Origin: Ophelia neglecta
Taxonomy: Eukaryota
NCBI GenBank assembly: GCA_965285935.1
Contig: OZ260665.1
Location: forward strand, 28,210,001-28,274,000
Direction: 5' to 3'
Length of the DNA: 64,000 nt
Within the stretch, counting starts at the first letter, position 1; each line of letters opens with the position of its first letter. A program made the position numbers and the translations under genes. A model generated the notes under the pieces. It was not told the DNA's origin. It saw only the letters and a list, made by a program, of their open reading frames with translations, and ran no database searches. Below, piece by piece: positions 49,183 to 62,452 of this stretch.

Positions 49183-52100
49183 GATAATAAATTGTGTTCA
49201 ATCTGTAAGTGGAGATCATTTATTAACCTGTTCAAAAGGTTATTGCCCAAATATGCTACGTCTTATTGGTGTTGGTTCTGTTCCTTCTTATAACTAGCGG
49301 CTTCAGACGATTGCGGTGCTGCCTTGTTCGCGCCAATAGTCCCCGTGATTAGTACTCCTGAGCGTCTCTTCCGGTTGACTTACCGCTAGGACATGTTAGG
49401 CCAAATAACCAGTCGCCAGATCAACTAATTTAATTCAAAAAGTAAATAGAGATGCGATGATTTTACCATGTGGCGTTTGAAGACCTCCGTTTTGCCGAGG
49501 CTGTCTTCCATTATCGTCCTACAAGCAGGTCTCGTCGTGTATCGCTCGCTTTACGCACACATACAGGGCCTGGCAGAGCAGTGGACGAATAACAGGCACA
49601 GGAGGCTGACATGCTGAAATCTGTTCTGAAATTAAACGGGAACTTCTAGTTATCGAGACATAATTCAAACACTACTTGCGAAAAAAAGTAAAATCGCAAC
49701 TTATATAGTAATGAATTAACTATAGGCCAATGTACGATTGAACATGCTTCATGCTGAACATGCTTATATATATTGGACCCATAACTTCACCACACGTGTA
49801 AATGTGAGATAGGAACATAATTTGTATTCAACCCAAGAAAGGCGGGTATGTATTAAGTATCTACCTGAGTTTTACCTACTTCAATGGTTATCTGTAGTGG
49901 AGGGCTGTATTACACTATATTTATTAGAAATATATATACACTGTATATCATGGAGACACAGAGCACAAACACAGAGGGGAACTGAAATTAGTTTAAAAGG
50001 CTCTCGCAGTGTAACACTAGCAGTTTTCATGTACTGATATCGTTCTTTCCTCCCCGTCCCTGCCTCCCCACCCATCATCAGATAAAGCTGATGTATCTTA
50101 GCGCTTAGACGAAATAGCAGGCACCGCTGAAAGTCGGTTAGGGAGATCAAAGCGACCATCTTTCTTCCCGCCGTATCGCATCAACATTTGCCAGCACCCG
50201 GTGATTTAAAAGTGCTGCGGTTGGTCTTACGGACTGAATAACGACCATACGAATGGACAGAGTCAGAGACAACATCAAAACCTCATCACCAGCGCTGAAT
50301 TAAACATCTCGCTGAGCTCTCACCGCCTGTTAACTTCCGCCACTGACATACACGCGCACTACTAACTTCCTGCCGCTGACGGACGTGCGCAGATTGCAGC
50401 GTCTCGTGATGATCCACGCGCGCCTGGGAGCTGATATATCCCGCGTGAATTGATGTGATTTCGTTTGATGTTAAGTTTAATATGTCAGTATATCGGTAGA
50501 TTACTGGTTGCCACAGAACAACTGCCGAAGTGAACTGCCAGCTTCTATCCAGGCGATGACAACCAGGAATATCTACACTGCCGATAAATAAGTTTGGCAT
50601 CAAAACCTTTTCTAGGTGTGAAACATGGTCGTGTGGCTGTTTCGCTAAAAGGAACTAGGGTGAACTAAGGGGTGTTGAAGGCTTCTTTTATCGCGTCCCC
50701 GTGACACAAACCATGTAGATTTGGGCCTACAGAAGGACAATAATCATATAGCATGTTTGTATGGCTTTAAATAAATATTGATATATTGTGACCATGCATC
50801 AAGCTGTCAGCTGATAGCTAGATGATGAAAAAATATTCGGACATGCAAGCAAATCCCGGGCAGGAAAAATGCTTCGAATGAAAACATAAAAGTAAGAATA
50901 AGGGGGACATAAATCAACGAAATGACGATAGTCCCATTTTATTTGAAACGTCTTGGTAGATCTGTCATAGATTTAAGGCGGTGAAAGACACCTTTAGCCC
51001 CTCGTTTATCTGCTTCATGGCGAATTACTCGTACACAATGGGCACCAATACAACGACGACTTTGTCCCCGAGGACGAGGTTTAGCTCGCGGCAGAAGATA
51101 AGGGCGAGGCAGCCCTCCACCATAATTATATACTGTACTAGTAAGCAGGGACAGGCGGAGGTCTATATGTTGACATGCCCAAAATATTAACTGGAACACA
51201 GTTGTCTTGTAAGGTGCTGAAATACTGTAACTTATGAATTTCCATCGTTATGCCTAATTCCCGCTATGATCATTTTGGCGAAAAATAGTATGTACACAAG
51301 AATGTGTACAACTATGGAATGTTTCATATTATGACCAACAGCTAAATGTCTTTCTTCAACTATACATGTCTAAGACAGACTTGAATGTCCGCTATGTTAC
51401 ACTCTATCAAGTTACTGTGCCATTTTTATCTGCCAGTTGTCGGCTGAAGAAGTGTAAAAACAATATTTGTGCTGTAGGACGTATAACCAATATGTCCATG
51501 GGAACCGTGTGTCGCCGCCGTCTACGTGTATGGAGGCACATAAATCCCTAGCAGGAAAACAGGAACACAAAAGACTGCCAATTAAAATTGTCATCTAGAG
51601 TATTTGGAAATAATTCTCAAACGCTACATTGATAATATAAGGAAATGAACCGCACAGAACTTTACAATTTACAGTCCCACAAAAAAAGCTGAAGTTGTTC
51701 CTCCTCTCATGATCCTGTTTCATCTGGCTATCGTTAGGCGGTTAATATTAACGCCAATGAACAGTAAGTAGACATACCTGTGCTATGGTGACTATAGTAC
51801 TATAAATTTCTAGATATAACATCACCCTTATGTATTAAGTGCCCAAAGAAACAGGGTTAAGTAAAGTAAGATCATAAAATTTGACACATACATAAAATAA
51901 AGCGAGTAGCGTTTTTGATATCAACATGGTTCTTTTAACCAATAAAATGATATGCTGCCCCCAAGTCTTAAGCCACCAATGTTACAATCGACATAGGGCC
52001 TAGTGTAGATATGTATCTGATATAAGAGCTAGAGAGCGTCAGACAAATTAAGCTGCCATTTAGACATTTAGATCTAGTGGCGGAATGAGGGTCACAACTC

Positions 52101-55100
52101 TTCCACCCCGTGGTCAAGACGACTGACATCAGCTGATGTCTTGATGGGGTATTAACAGCTTAGATCGATTTCAAAGGACGCTTGCTAAAGAAAACACGAG
52201 TCTTCTTTCCACATTCCGCGCGATTGCTCATTTCCAAAACAGATATTAAGAGATGTTCTGTTTGTGGAGCCGAGTTTCGCCCGCTTCCACAATGATGAAA
52301 TGCGCCGCTGTCAGATGGATACATCCCTGTGTGCAGTCACCTGTAAAATGCCCGTCTCACCTGTCAACTTCAAAGGATCTCACCTGTGATGATCACCCTT
52401 ATCTGTATGGCCTGTGCCTGATCAACAGATTAATACATCTGCTTGTCATCATCCGCTCAGGAGCATTCAAATAAACTTTATTTTATGAAATAAACCAACT
52501 AAGGCCTGTTTTGTACACCACCTAGCGCCTGAACGAATAATGACAAGAAATTAGAACTGTCCGATTCGTTTTCCGCCGAGATGCCCTCGGAGTGGTTGAT
52601 CTGTCCGCCTGCTGACAGCTAGATAAAGACACCAAACTGGAAAACGCGGACCTGTTATTGTTGGAAATGAGCAAGCCTTCGTCCAAAGAAATGATAAACT
52701 CTAGAATTACAGCACCTAGGTGGGAGCTTTATCAAGCTGTCCCAGTCAGACACAACACCCGTATCTTGTTTAAATTACAGTTTCATTTTTTCTTCATCGG
52801 TACATTATGGTGCTGGCTGCTATGACAAATTTATGAAGATTTTGAAATATATTTGAATGCCGTGAATGACAGACATGCCATTGCTGTCAGAAACTAAGAA
52901 GGGTGTTTTTATTCAGCGGCGGGACAACAATTTGCCGAGGAGGGAGCACGCAATCTGCCCGTCCACATCTATTGTGCTCACTTTCCTGTCTCCACCTTTT
53001 CCATCAACTGCTAGCTCTGATCGAGCGCCTGGCATGAAATGAACAAATCGCTCTTCATTTGTGTGCCTTTGATATGATAAATTGAACCTGGTCATTTGAC
53101 CAGGCGTGTTTTTGCTGATTTGCATCGCCTGACAATTAATGTCTCAGCTATCGCTTTAGCTCGTCTGCTACTGAAAACTTGATAAACAACATCAACTCAG
53201 AAAAGTGTTGACATAAGCATAGTGGACCGCTGCTGAATGCCTTCAGCAGGAATCGCGTCACAGAAATCGCGTGTATTTTTAGAGAACTTAATTATCACAT
53301 TTTATCAGGAGAACCTTTTATACGTGTATATTTTATATATAGGCCTAGATCCTGCATAATTCTATATTTCTACAAGAAAACCGTGACAACGGAAGGAAGG
53401 GGACGGTAGGTATATTAGCCTGTGTCTCAGGGGACCAAACACAAAGGTTTTTTCTTTCCAATTCGACTAATATATAAGAAACTTTTCTTCTAGATAAGCT
53501 TCCTCCCCCGCTCGTTATTTCCTGTTTCTATTAATTGTTTAATTGCTGAAGTGTAGATTTCTAATTCTTTAAACGCCATATGGTTCAAGTCGTTTTAACA
53601 GCAGCCACCATGATTTTGCTGTCAGTTTTTGAAGTACAAACGCGAGTAAGGGCGAATTCATGTTGTTTTGTGGATTAATTGACCGGCAATATATGTATAA
53701 GGCAAACAGGTTGATAAGAGAATATATATCCGCACGGAGAACCAATCACAGTCAGGAATTAATAATCCTACTACTCAGGTAGAAGAGTATCTAACTTGAG
53801 CATTTGCTTGGTGTCTATGTCGGAGGCACATTCTATAGATTCTACCTGGATGATAACAGCTGAGTTGATCCTGGCCAAATTCCTTCACCAGCAATCGGCA
53901 ATGATCATGGTGTTTCAGTGACAAAATTGCATATCCATCAAAAGGTGTAAGTTAACTAAAGCCTACCCTATTATCAGGTATATGATGGCCTACGGGCTAC
54001 CTTTAATCTCCAATCCCGATGCTACTACGACCAATCTAACCAATCTCTGACCTTGGTTTGACCGCTGACCAGCGGACGGACGCCCTTTAAGTGTTATCAA
54101 TCTGCATCTGGCATGCTCTTACTACATTTATTTGTTTAGCTCGACTTTCCGCGGGTTGCGTTCCACTAATCGCCGTTAATTTACCAGCAACAGGCCACTA
54201 ATTGGGGCTAATTCAATTTGAGAAAGCTAGAATAGCTGGAAAGAGGCCATTATGGCTGGATTGCATGCGCCGTTCAGGTCTCGTCCGCGCGAGACTCGCC
54301 AGGGCGCGAGATTAATCATGTGATTTATACGAAGGAAGCAGACGACATTTCACTTTTGGCGCGAGACACAATGTAAAGAATCGACACTTCGCGTGGCAGC
54401 AACCATTCATTCTGGCCAATGTGTCCAACCGCGCTTACCTTTTTACGCATGCGCAAGAGGAATTGGCCGAGGCAGCCACAAGAACTATCTATCATTGTCA
54501 GAGTTTTAATAAACTATTCTAACATTGCTAGTCAATCTAAAAGTCGGCGATCATCCCGAACGTCAGGGCGATAATAGAGTGTTTTCCGCCATGCCAACTC
54601 TTCCTTCACCCAAGGTCAGCAAGGTCAGTTCTCTGGCGAAGCGTTCCTGCATACAAAACCAGCAAATGTATCATATTTGACACCGCCTCGTCGCACACCT
54701 GTTTCAAGTAATGAAAGATCACGAAATTATGGACCAGAATCTGCGTCTCTTAACCACTCCATCATCGGCATGTCAAAATTACTTTATCAAAGCTTTCAGA
54801 GACTAGGATTAGCTGCAGCGTTAACAGGGTATCCGGCCACTTTGGGTTCAGATATTTTGCCAACTGCCTTTTACGTCCCAGACATTTTGTTTCCAAATGA
54901 TACATCTGCGGTTTTTGTCCGAAAAACTAAAGGCCTGGATTACCCTTTAGGATGTGAATTAAGAAAAGAAGAACGTCATTTAAAACGTTGCTTAATTTAT
55001 CCATTTTTTACCATAGGCTGTTAAGATATTTTACTGTTAATTAATCAATATACCAACTCTTAATCGACAAGGAATTACGCTGATATTGGGTGGGAAAGCC

Positions 55101-58100
55101 AAGATGTCCAGCATAGCTTATTTTTGGAACGGTATTGTGATGATTACAGAAAATATTTCGGGAAATTAGTTATGGTGGCCATCATGTTTTCCCTTCTGAC
55201 CTTAACTGTATTATTGCAATGTCCCCAGCAGCGTATGTGCAAGCTGAATGTATCTTCATAAAGGGAGTAGAGTCCGGCTACTTCTGTTACATATTTATTC
55301 CTAAAGCGATTGGGAAAAGCATCCATAGGGACAATCTTTGTGTTTTGTTTGGCAGAAATGTAATGACAAGGAGTGTGCAAGCACATTTGGTCTTTCTTTT
55401 TCCTTTGGAGGCGATGTTGTTTTGAATATTTTTTTTTCTAATTCTCCTGTGATCAAATTTACAAATGTACTGTTGTGACCGAGTTGAATTTATTCTTTAT
55501 TGAGCAAAAATACAATTTGTCAATATATCCATCCTTGTTTCAATGTATTTGGGCATTGCTACTATATTAAAAGATGCTATCTAAATCTCATTTATTTCAG
55601 AGAAAAAATGTATTCACAATGAAAAGAAATTGGTTATCAAACGAAAGTGGACCACTGTTATTGTCAATCAAATTTAACATTCCTAATATAATATTATAGC
55701 CTATTGGGAGGAGAAAATATTGCTGACGGCCAAAAAGGGCAGAAATGTCAAATAGGTTTATACCAGAATATTTAGGACCAAATGGGTTCGTACAAGGACA
55801 ATTGTGCAGCCAGATTCAATAGCTGCGCAGGATCTCCGGTCGATTTCCACAGTTTCCGGCTGCCTTCCGCGTTGGCCGACATCATAGTGATACTTTTACT
55901 TCTGAGCACGGAGCTCCTTTACACCTATCTACTTAATATAGACGTACATCAGAAGAATACTATCGCAGATGCATTGGACGCCAAGCCAATGCAAAGGGTT
56001 CTCCAGATCGGTGACCTTCACACTAGGACCATCATTCCTGACATCAAGTCAATTTTCCTGGTCATTGGGCTTTATTTGTGTTTCCTGAAGAAGTTCTGTG
56101 GCTGACACCAAAGCTCGAGGCGCTAACCCGGTGTCAGGTAAAGTTGCTCTTGAACATCACCCCCTGGTCGCCCTTGGCAGATGCAACGATATGAATCAAA
56201 AATAATGTCTGATGAGGCACTTGGGGTCGTCTGCGCGCGCAGCAGGAAGTGGCAGGATCGGCTGGCAATATAGCCGGATTTGACATGGCAGTGCCGACAA
56301 GTTGTGAAGGGAGCACTTGACGGTAATCAGCTTTGATCTGGCCTAGGTGTCACGTGAGATCAGCCCGGAAGGTGTTTGCTCTCGGGCAGCACCGGACGCC
56401 TTGCCTCTCGACATCCTAAACAGCGTCTGGAGAGCTGTCGAGACGGTGAGGACTCTCCGCGCGGGTTCTTCACTCCCGCAGACACCCGAGGTCGTACAAT
56501 GCCCTGTATTAATGCTCCTCCGTGTCAACGTGTCAGAACCAATCGCCTTTGAAGCAAATTCCGTTTGATAATAAAGATATGCGATCAAAATTTCGCAGCG
56601 CGCGGTTGATTAGGGCTGTTAGGTGTGATTAGGGCCGGTGTCGGTGGCAGGGACGCCCTGAGAACGCCTTGTCTACCTCACTTAGCTCCCAACACGCTTA
56701 ATTGAGAACAGTTGTCTGTTCTCTAGGGGCAGGCCGGGAGTTCTATGGCCACTTTACAACTCTTTAATGCCGCCGAGAATTCGAGCGAATAGAAAAACCG
56801 ACCACAGAGGTAAAACTTTGACAATTTTTTCCTGACAACACTACTGTCAAAATAAAACCTATCGTACACTCTCTTATTCTTGTTCTGAACCAGACGTTTT
56901 ATCTGTCTCTTTATTTTCATTCTGTCCCTACGCAGATTTGGTGTTGACTGGGTTCTCTGTGAACTTTTGAAATTCACACCCGGCAGTACATTAACAAACG
57001 TCTTGTCAGCCATTTCTGCCCCGTGCCCCCAGGCCTCCGAGATTAGATTGTCGAGCCTTTAATCTGAGCAAATGTGTTAAGACAGGCTTCTCGCCCCGCT
57101 AATACATTTATGCTTTTCACTGATATTCATTTCTGCCCTCCGGCTTGCACAGAGAGTTTGTGTTCTCGAATTGTTTGGACAAGAAAAACCCGAGAAATGT
57201 TGTCTATTATTCCGAAAGAAAGTATTTAGACAGTACAAGAGGGCGAAGTAGCCTATGGTTCCTGATATGAACAGATTGAGAATTAATATCTGAAAATTGG
57301 TGATTTATGTCCCACACAAATGGCATCTGTCGATCAGACAGGAGCCGATACCAGCATTTAATATCATATTCGGGCTATTATTTATTTCATTTCAAATATT
57401 TAGACTGTTCTGCTGGGATCTTATCACGCCTAAACACTTTTTGAGCATTCCACGTTGGAAACACTATGTTAGACAAATAAGCCGACCTCACTGGGCGAGA
57501 GCCACTGGCGGAAGATCAAAGCCCAGCTGGTAGAAAGAAAAACAAATGAAAGAGAAAAAATGCTTTCGCTTTTGTTTTCATGAGCGAGTGAATTTAGAAG
57601 AACGGTCTTGCAGTCAGCACATGTCAGGCGCTCTTGTAAGAGTTGATCTGGCCATGATAGAACGGCATGTAGACCTACTCAGGGACTATAGAACGGTTAT
57701 CTGAACCCGTCAAACCAATCTTGTTTTCTTCTCCGCATGGCCAGGGGGTATCTCAACGATCTACGCTCCAAAATGTTAGAATAATAAAGTATAATGGCGC
57801 TGGAACCGTCCTAATCCTGACAGAATGTATGATGGGTGTCATTGAAATCCTACAAATTTGGAGCCGGTTCCGGCTCATTTCTGACTCGAGTTTTAAAAGA
57901 CGCAGCAGGTGAAAGCTGCTGAACGCTGATCTTTGACATTCAATCTACCGGAACTGATTTTGCTCACGCAGAACGCGGCATTTCACACGAGACTTGTGAT
58001 GGTGGTATAAATTTCTAAGACAGCAAAGAACATAAATCAAATGGCGATGGGTCCGTTCTGGACTGACTAGAATGACCATGCTGTAAGACACCCAACCTTC

Positions 58101-58197
58101 GGCCACATGTTTCCTGCTCGATAGCGTAAAACAAAAAGTGGCCTGAGAGTAGACGGAACCACTGTCCCAGCATGCTCATGCGCACAATGCACCAAAG

Positions 58198-59034
58198 TTG
58201 CTTAGTTACCTAACGATTATTAAAAATTAATCAATCGCGGCGTCTGTTCGCTAACTTGTGTGTATTGCATGTAGAGTTGATCAGGACGTTCACAGTAGAA
58301 GACACTTATTTCTGTCGGTAGCTGGTCGTTAACCAAATGGAACTCTTAAGACAAATGTTGCTTAAGTCTCATATAGACCGAAAAACAAAGTAAAAATGTA
58401 AACTCAGACAGTTATGTCTATATGCATGTACTCATATAAGTTAAGATGTTCCAGTTTAACTTTCCCGATGAAAGGTGACAGTGTAGGGTAATAGTTTTAC
58501 AAGGGTGGGCTTTTTATACGAGACCCTCGAGTAAAGAAAACAAACTTTATTAATGGAGGGAGTTGCCCTTATTTTGGTGTGCTCACAACTAGTGGGTTTA
58601 CTGGCAACTTTGAGCCGCTCACCGCGGTGCCGACTCCGTTGAGCTGTCAGTTGAGCCCGTGGCCTACATCAATCACACTGAGCAGACATGGGTTTGACAA
58701 ACTGTGTAGATGTTCCACCCTGACGGCCCGACTCTGGTAGATGTTACTTGTCTCTTCAAAGCTGCCACTAATGATGCTAATAATGTACCGCTCTTGGTGC
58801 TGATAGTTGGCTGTGGAAGAAGGGCGAGGGGTCCGTATAGAGGGCAAGGGGTCCCTACATGTAATTGAATAACATGGCACCTCCTCTATGAGGAATGGCA
58901 TAATCTATTATAATTATCTATTGCTTTTAAAATCATTTTGCGTGAATTATTGTTCGTACATCGGCCTATGAAAAACATTCCTTTGCTTAGTTACCTAACG
59001 ATTATTATAAATTAATTAATCGTGTCGTCTGTTC
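58198..59034 (+). repeat. Pair of 52-bp direct repeats (58198-58249 and 58983-59034), 48/52 identical
   Basis: TTGCTTAGTTACCTAACGATTATTA(A/T)AAATTAAT(C/T)AATCG(C/T)G(G/T)CGTCTGTTC. Confidence 0.9.
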
Positions 59035-61328
59035 AATCGCGAATGGAAAAAATAGTTTCATGTTGCAATCGTTATTTGTATCATTCGACGATTCTTTGCC
59101 TGCGTTTCTTTGATTCGAATTACGTTTTTTCGAATCATAGAAACCGCGTCTGAAGAAATTAACCGAAGGGAGTTTATCTGGTGAATAATGCAGCCATTCC
59201 ACGTGCAAGAAAAGCAACCAAACTTCTTTTGAATGGATGTGCCTCGGGAATTCGGCAGGACAACTATATGCAGTGGAAGGTGTAGTAGAAAAAGTGGCCT
59301 CTTGATATAGTAGTAAAAGTGTAAGTGGCCCCCCCAATCTGACCTCCTGAAGGCGCTCTTGAGCTGGACCAAGTCAGAGTGAGTGATATAAACTGGAGGA
59401 GTTGTCCAGTGATGGAGCGCTGACAGGTGTCTGGGGATTCTGTCACAACATGGGCGGGCCACTTGACGGGGAGAGAGGCCAGGCTTCCCTCCGTTAGTCA
59501 GCCACTGCCAATGGGGGACTGACCTCCGACAGCCGGCATCAGTCGACGCCGACGGGTCCATCAAACTGGGCCGGCATATATTTTCTTTTGGCCCATGGTA
59601 GGCCAAAGTAATATATAGGTACCGTAAAAGACTTTTCTGTTCAGGGCTTCAGTTTAAGGTGTAAGTTAGTGATGTTAGTCCATGGTATTGTCGTTCACTT
59701 TCCAATCCACTGACATTAATTAGTTTAATTCTAGCGTTTGGAGGTCCTTAGCCATGCAGTCCCACGGTAGAAAAGCATCCGTGTTCAGGCACGGATTGCA
59801 TGAAACGGGCCTTTGATAGAATAGGGAAGGTCAAGAATAGAAAAGCGAAGGAAATGGCACCATTTACATATAAGTTTAATACGCACTCCCACTTCTTAAG
59901 GCTAATATTCATGTTGCCCCCTCTTGAGGCAGGCCCGCTGGTGCGCTACTCGAGTTGTAGCCCTGGCCTGCCAAGGAGCCCAGCGAGGTTTATACTTGAA
60001 GTATTCGTTACCATGAACGCTATGCCTCTATAGATTGTACCAAAGGCAAGTCATCCCATGGCATAATCAGCCTTTGATTCTACATTTAAAGAAAAACAAT
60101 GTGATTGTAAGGATTGGAATCCACCGAACTTTGTATAAAGGACCCACTTTCAACTGTTGAATACATTAGCTCATGCACCCTCTCCCACACCCGCTCCCAC
60201 CCATCCATACCTACTACCACAAACGGGAGCGGATACTCGGCAGACAATATGCAACCATACATTAATCAGGAAGTATATCCATTAATTCGGCCAAAGTTCA
60301 GCAGGAATCGGATGAATCAGTGAACGCAGGCCACACCGTCGGGAAAAGTTATATGGCCCTCATTCAGAAACCAAAACGTGTGACCCAATAACTATCCTTG
60401 TGATCACCGTCTGCCTCTAACGCTGCATTGTATTTCAGTCTTGCGTCAAACTATCAAATGATTTGTTGAATGAAATAAATACAACAGGAAACTCGTGAAA
60501 CTGCATGTGTGATATGCTGAGTCTCGGGCAAGTGCTGCTACACAAATGCGCTTGAATGCTTCCATCGTCATGTAAAAAATCACAGTAATGCAAACAGAAT
60601 TTGCTCCTCATGGCCTTGAGGCGCAAGGGAAACTGAAACATGGGTAACACCACTTACCCTGTCACACCCCACCTACACCAGCTATATCACTACTGCCATC
60701 CTTTATCATAAGGGTGTAGTAAAGAGTTTTTTCGAAATCTCCTCAACTAGGTTCCCTATGCCTACGCGTTCGTGAGCGCAAACGACAAATTAAGGGCGGG
60801 GTTTGTTTGGAATGGCAAATGGAACCATTTTAAATGTCACTCGCTGAAAGATCGAGTGAATAAACAAGACGGTGTTCCCTTAAAAACACCATATAGAGCA
60901 TAAATAATGTTCTGTTTGAACGGCAAAACTTGTATTTTTCAGATTCTGTTACATTGCATATATTTTTCCCACAAGTTCCCTTTCTTCGCTGGGTAACTTT
61001 ACATAGCTTTCATCATTGCACTATCGAGATTTATTACCCGTTTATTCTGTAGTATGCAAGGAACTTTAAGTCCTTCTCTATTCTTGTGTTTATTAAGACA
61101 TTTTCATGTTTAGTCTCTAAATTCGAACAGAACTTAGACCCTCAGAGACTCTCCTAGGGCACTGTTATTAATCTCTGTCCTTTCTTTGACCTCTGACTCG
61201 TTTGTTTGTCCTCTGTCTGAATCACATCTTAGAAAATTGTTGACTACTTCTCATTGCAAGTGGTGTGAATTTTATATTTTCATTTTTTTTTGCATACCAG
61301 TTTATGTACTGTTTGCGCGCGGCGAATT

Positions 61329-61590
61329 ATTGTATATGGGCATGTGGCTGTAAGTTTCCTGGTTATTTCGGACCGTTTAAATGTTGTGTGTGGACATATG
61401 GCTGTAACTGTCCTGGTTATTTCGGACCGTTTAAATGTTGTGTGTGGGCATGTGGCTGCAACTTTCCTGGTTATTTCGTACCGTCTAATTGTTGTGTGTG
61501 GGCATGTGGCTGCAACTTTCCTGGTTATTTCGTACCGTCTAATCGTTGTGTGTGGGCATGTGGCTGTAACTTTCCTGGTTATTACGGACT
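61329..61590. repeat. Minisatellite, 54-bp unit, about 4.8 copies
   Basis: TGTTGTGTGTGGGCATGTGGCTGCAACTTTCCTGGTTATTTCGTACCGTCTAAT. Confidence 0.93.
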
Positions 61591-61700
61591 TAATAGACTA
61601 TTCTTGATTTTGTTTTGTCTGCCGGGTGTCCACTCCCGTTTTTTTCTAGACGATGTAGTGTATATGGATAGGATAGATTGTATAGATATATATATATATA

Positions 61701-61877
61701 TAGTGAACCCTATGAATTAAACCACACAAGGGACTTGAAAAATCTGGTTTGATTTCAGGGATGGTCTGTTTAGACAGGTTATTTAAAACTAAACAAGTGC
61801 AGTTTGGTTTTCATATTAGCAGTTTGAATTGAAAGGTTGTCTGATTGTAAAGGTGGTCTTTAAGGCAGGTTTCACTG
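61701..61877. mobile_element. Tc1/mariner-type MITE (~177 bp) inserted at TA, next to a (TA)n tract
   Basis: TA|TAGTGAACCCTATGAATTAAACCAC...GTGGTCTTTAAGGCAGGTTTCACTG|TA; degenerate CAGTGAAACC-type TIR; related copy at 15431-15545. Confidence 0.65.
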
Positions 61878-62370
61878 TATATAATTAACACCCGAGGCCT
61901 ACTTCATTGGTTCATTATATATTGTGTTTTGTTGAGTTCACGGTTTATTGTCTCATTGTCAGGTACCAATCTGGACAACACTATAGACAAATATATACGT
62001 TCAAGGTTGCATACACTTTAAAAGGCCGCAGTTTATGTAACAATGGGCTTTTTATTGTTTTTTAATTGCAAGCAGACCTTGGAGAGGAATTGTTGACCAG
62101 CCTGTAGGCAGTGATGGCATAAATCATTTGCGAATTGAGCGGTCGAGGTACAATAAAGGAGACATGTGTTACACGTGTCATAAGGTGTAATATATTCTAG
62201 TTATAGTGTATGTAGGAGTGTAGCATTGTGAAGAAAACCATCTGCCCAGTTGTAGTGTGTGTGAAAATAGGTAATTTGTAGTCGGGCAACACCTATGTAA
62301 ACATGCTAAACGACAGCGCGTATAGTTTCGGCGTTTCTAGAAATTGACCCGGATGAAAGTCACCTGGACC

Positions 62371-62452
62371 TCGTCTGACCTGAAGATCTGAAGGCCAGGT
62401 GTCACGTGATGTCGTCTGACCTGAAGGTCTAAAGGCCAGGTGTCACGTGATG
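62371..62452. repeat. 41-bp tandem duplication (2 mismatches), each copy with GTCACGTGA
   Basis: TCGTCTGACCTGAAG(A/G)TCT(G/A)AAGGCCAGGTGTCACGTGATG x2. Confidence 0.93.

Noticed and set aside
60790-60883. TTAAGGG...CCCTTAA as a Kolobok/piggyBac MITE
   Set aside because: The inverted match is only 7 bp including the putative TSD.
61265-61720. Cys-rich repeat ORF (CCVWACGCNFPGYF) resembling a metallothionein or keratin-associated protein
   Set aside because: It coincides exactly with a 54-bp tandem repeat, has a GTG start, a second frame is also open and there is no splice or homology support.
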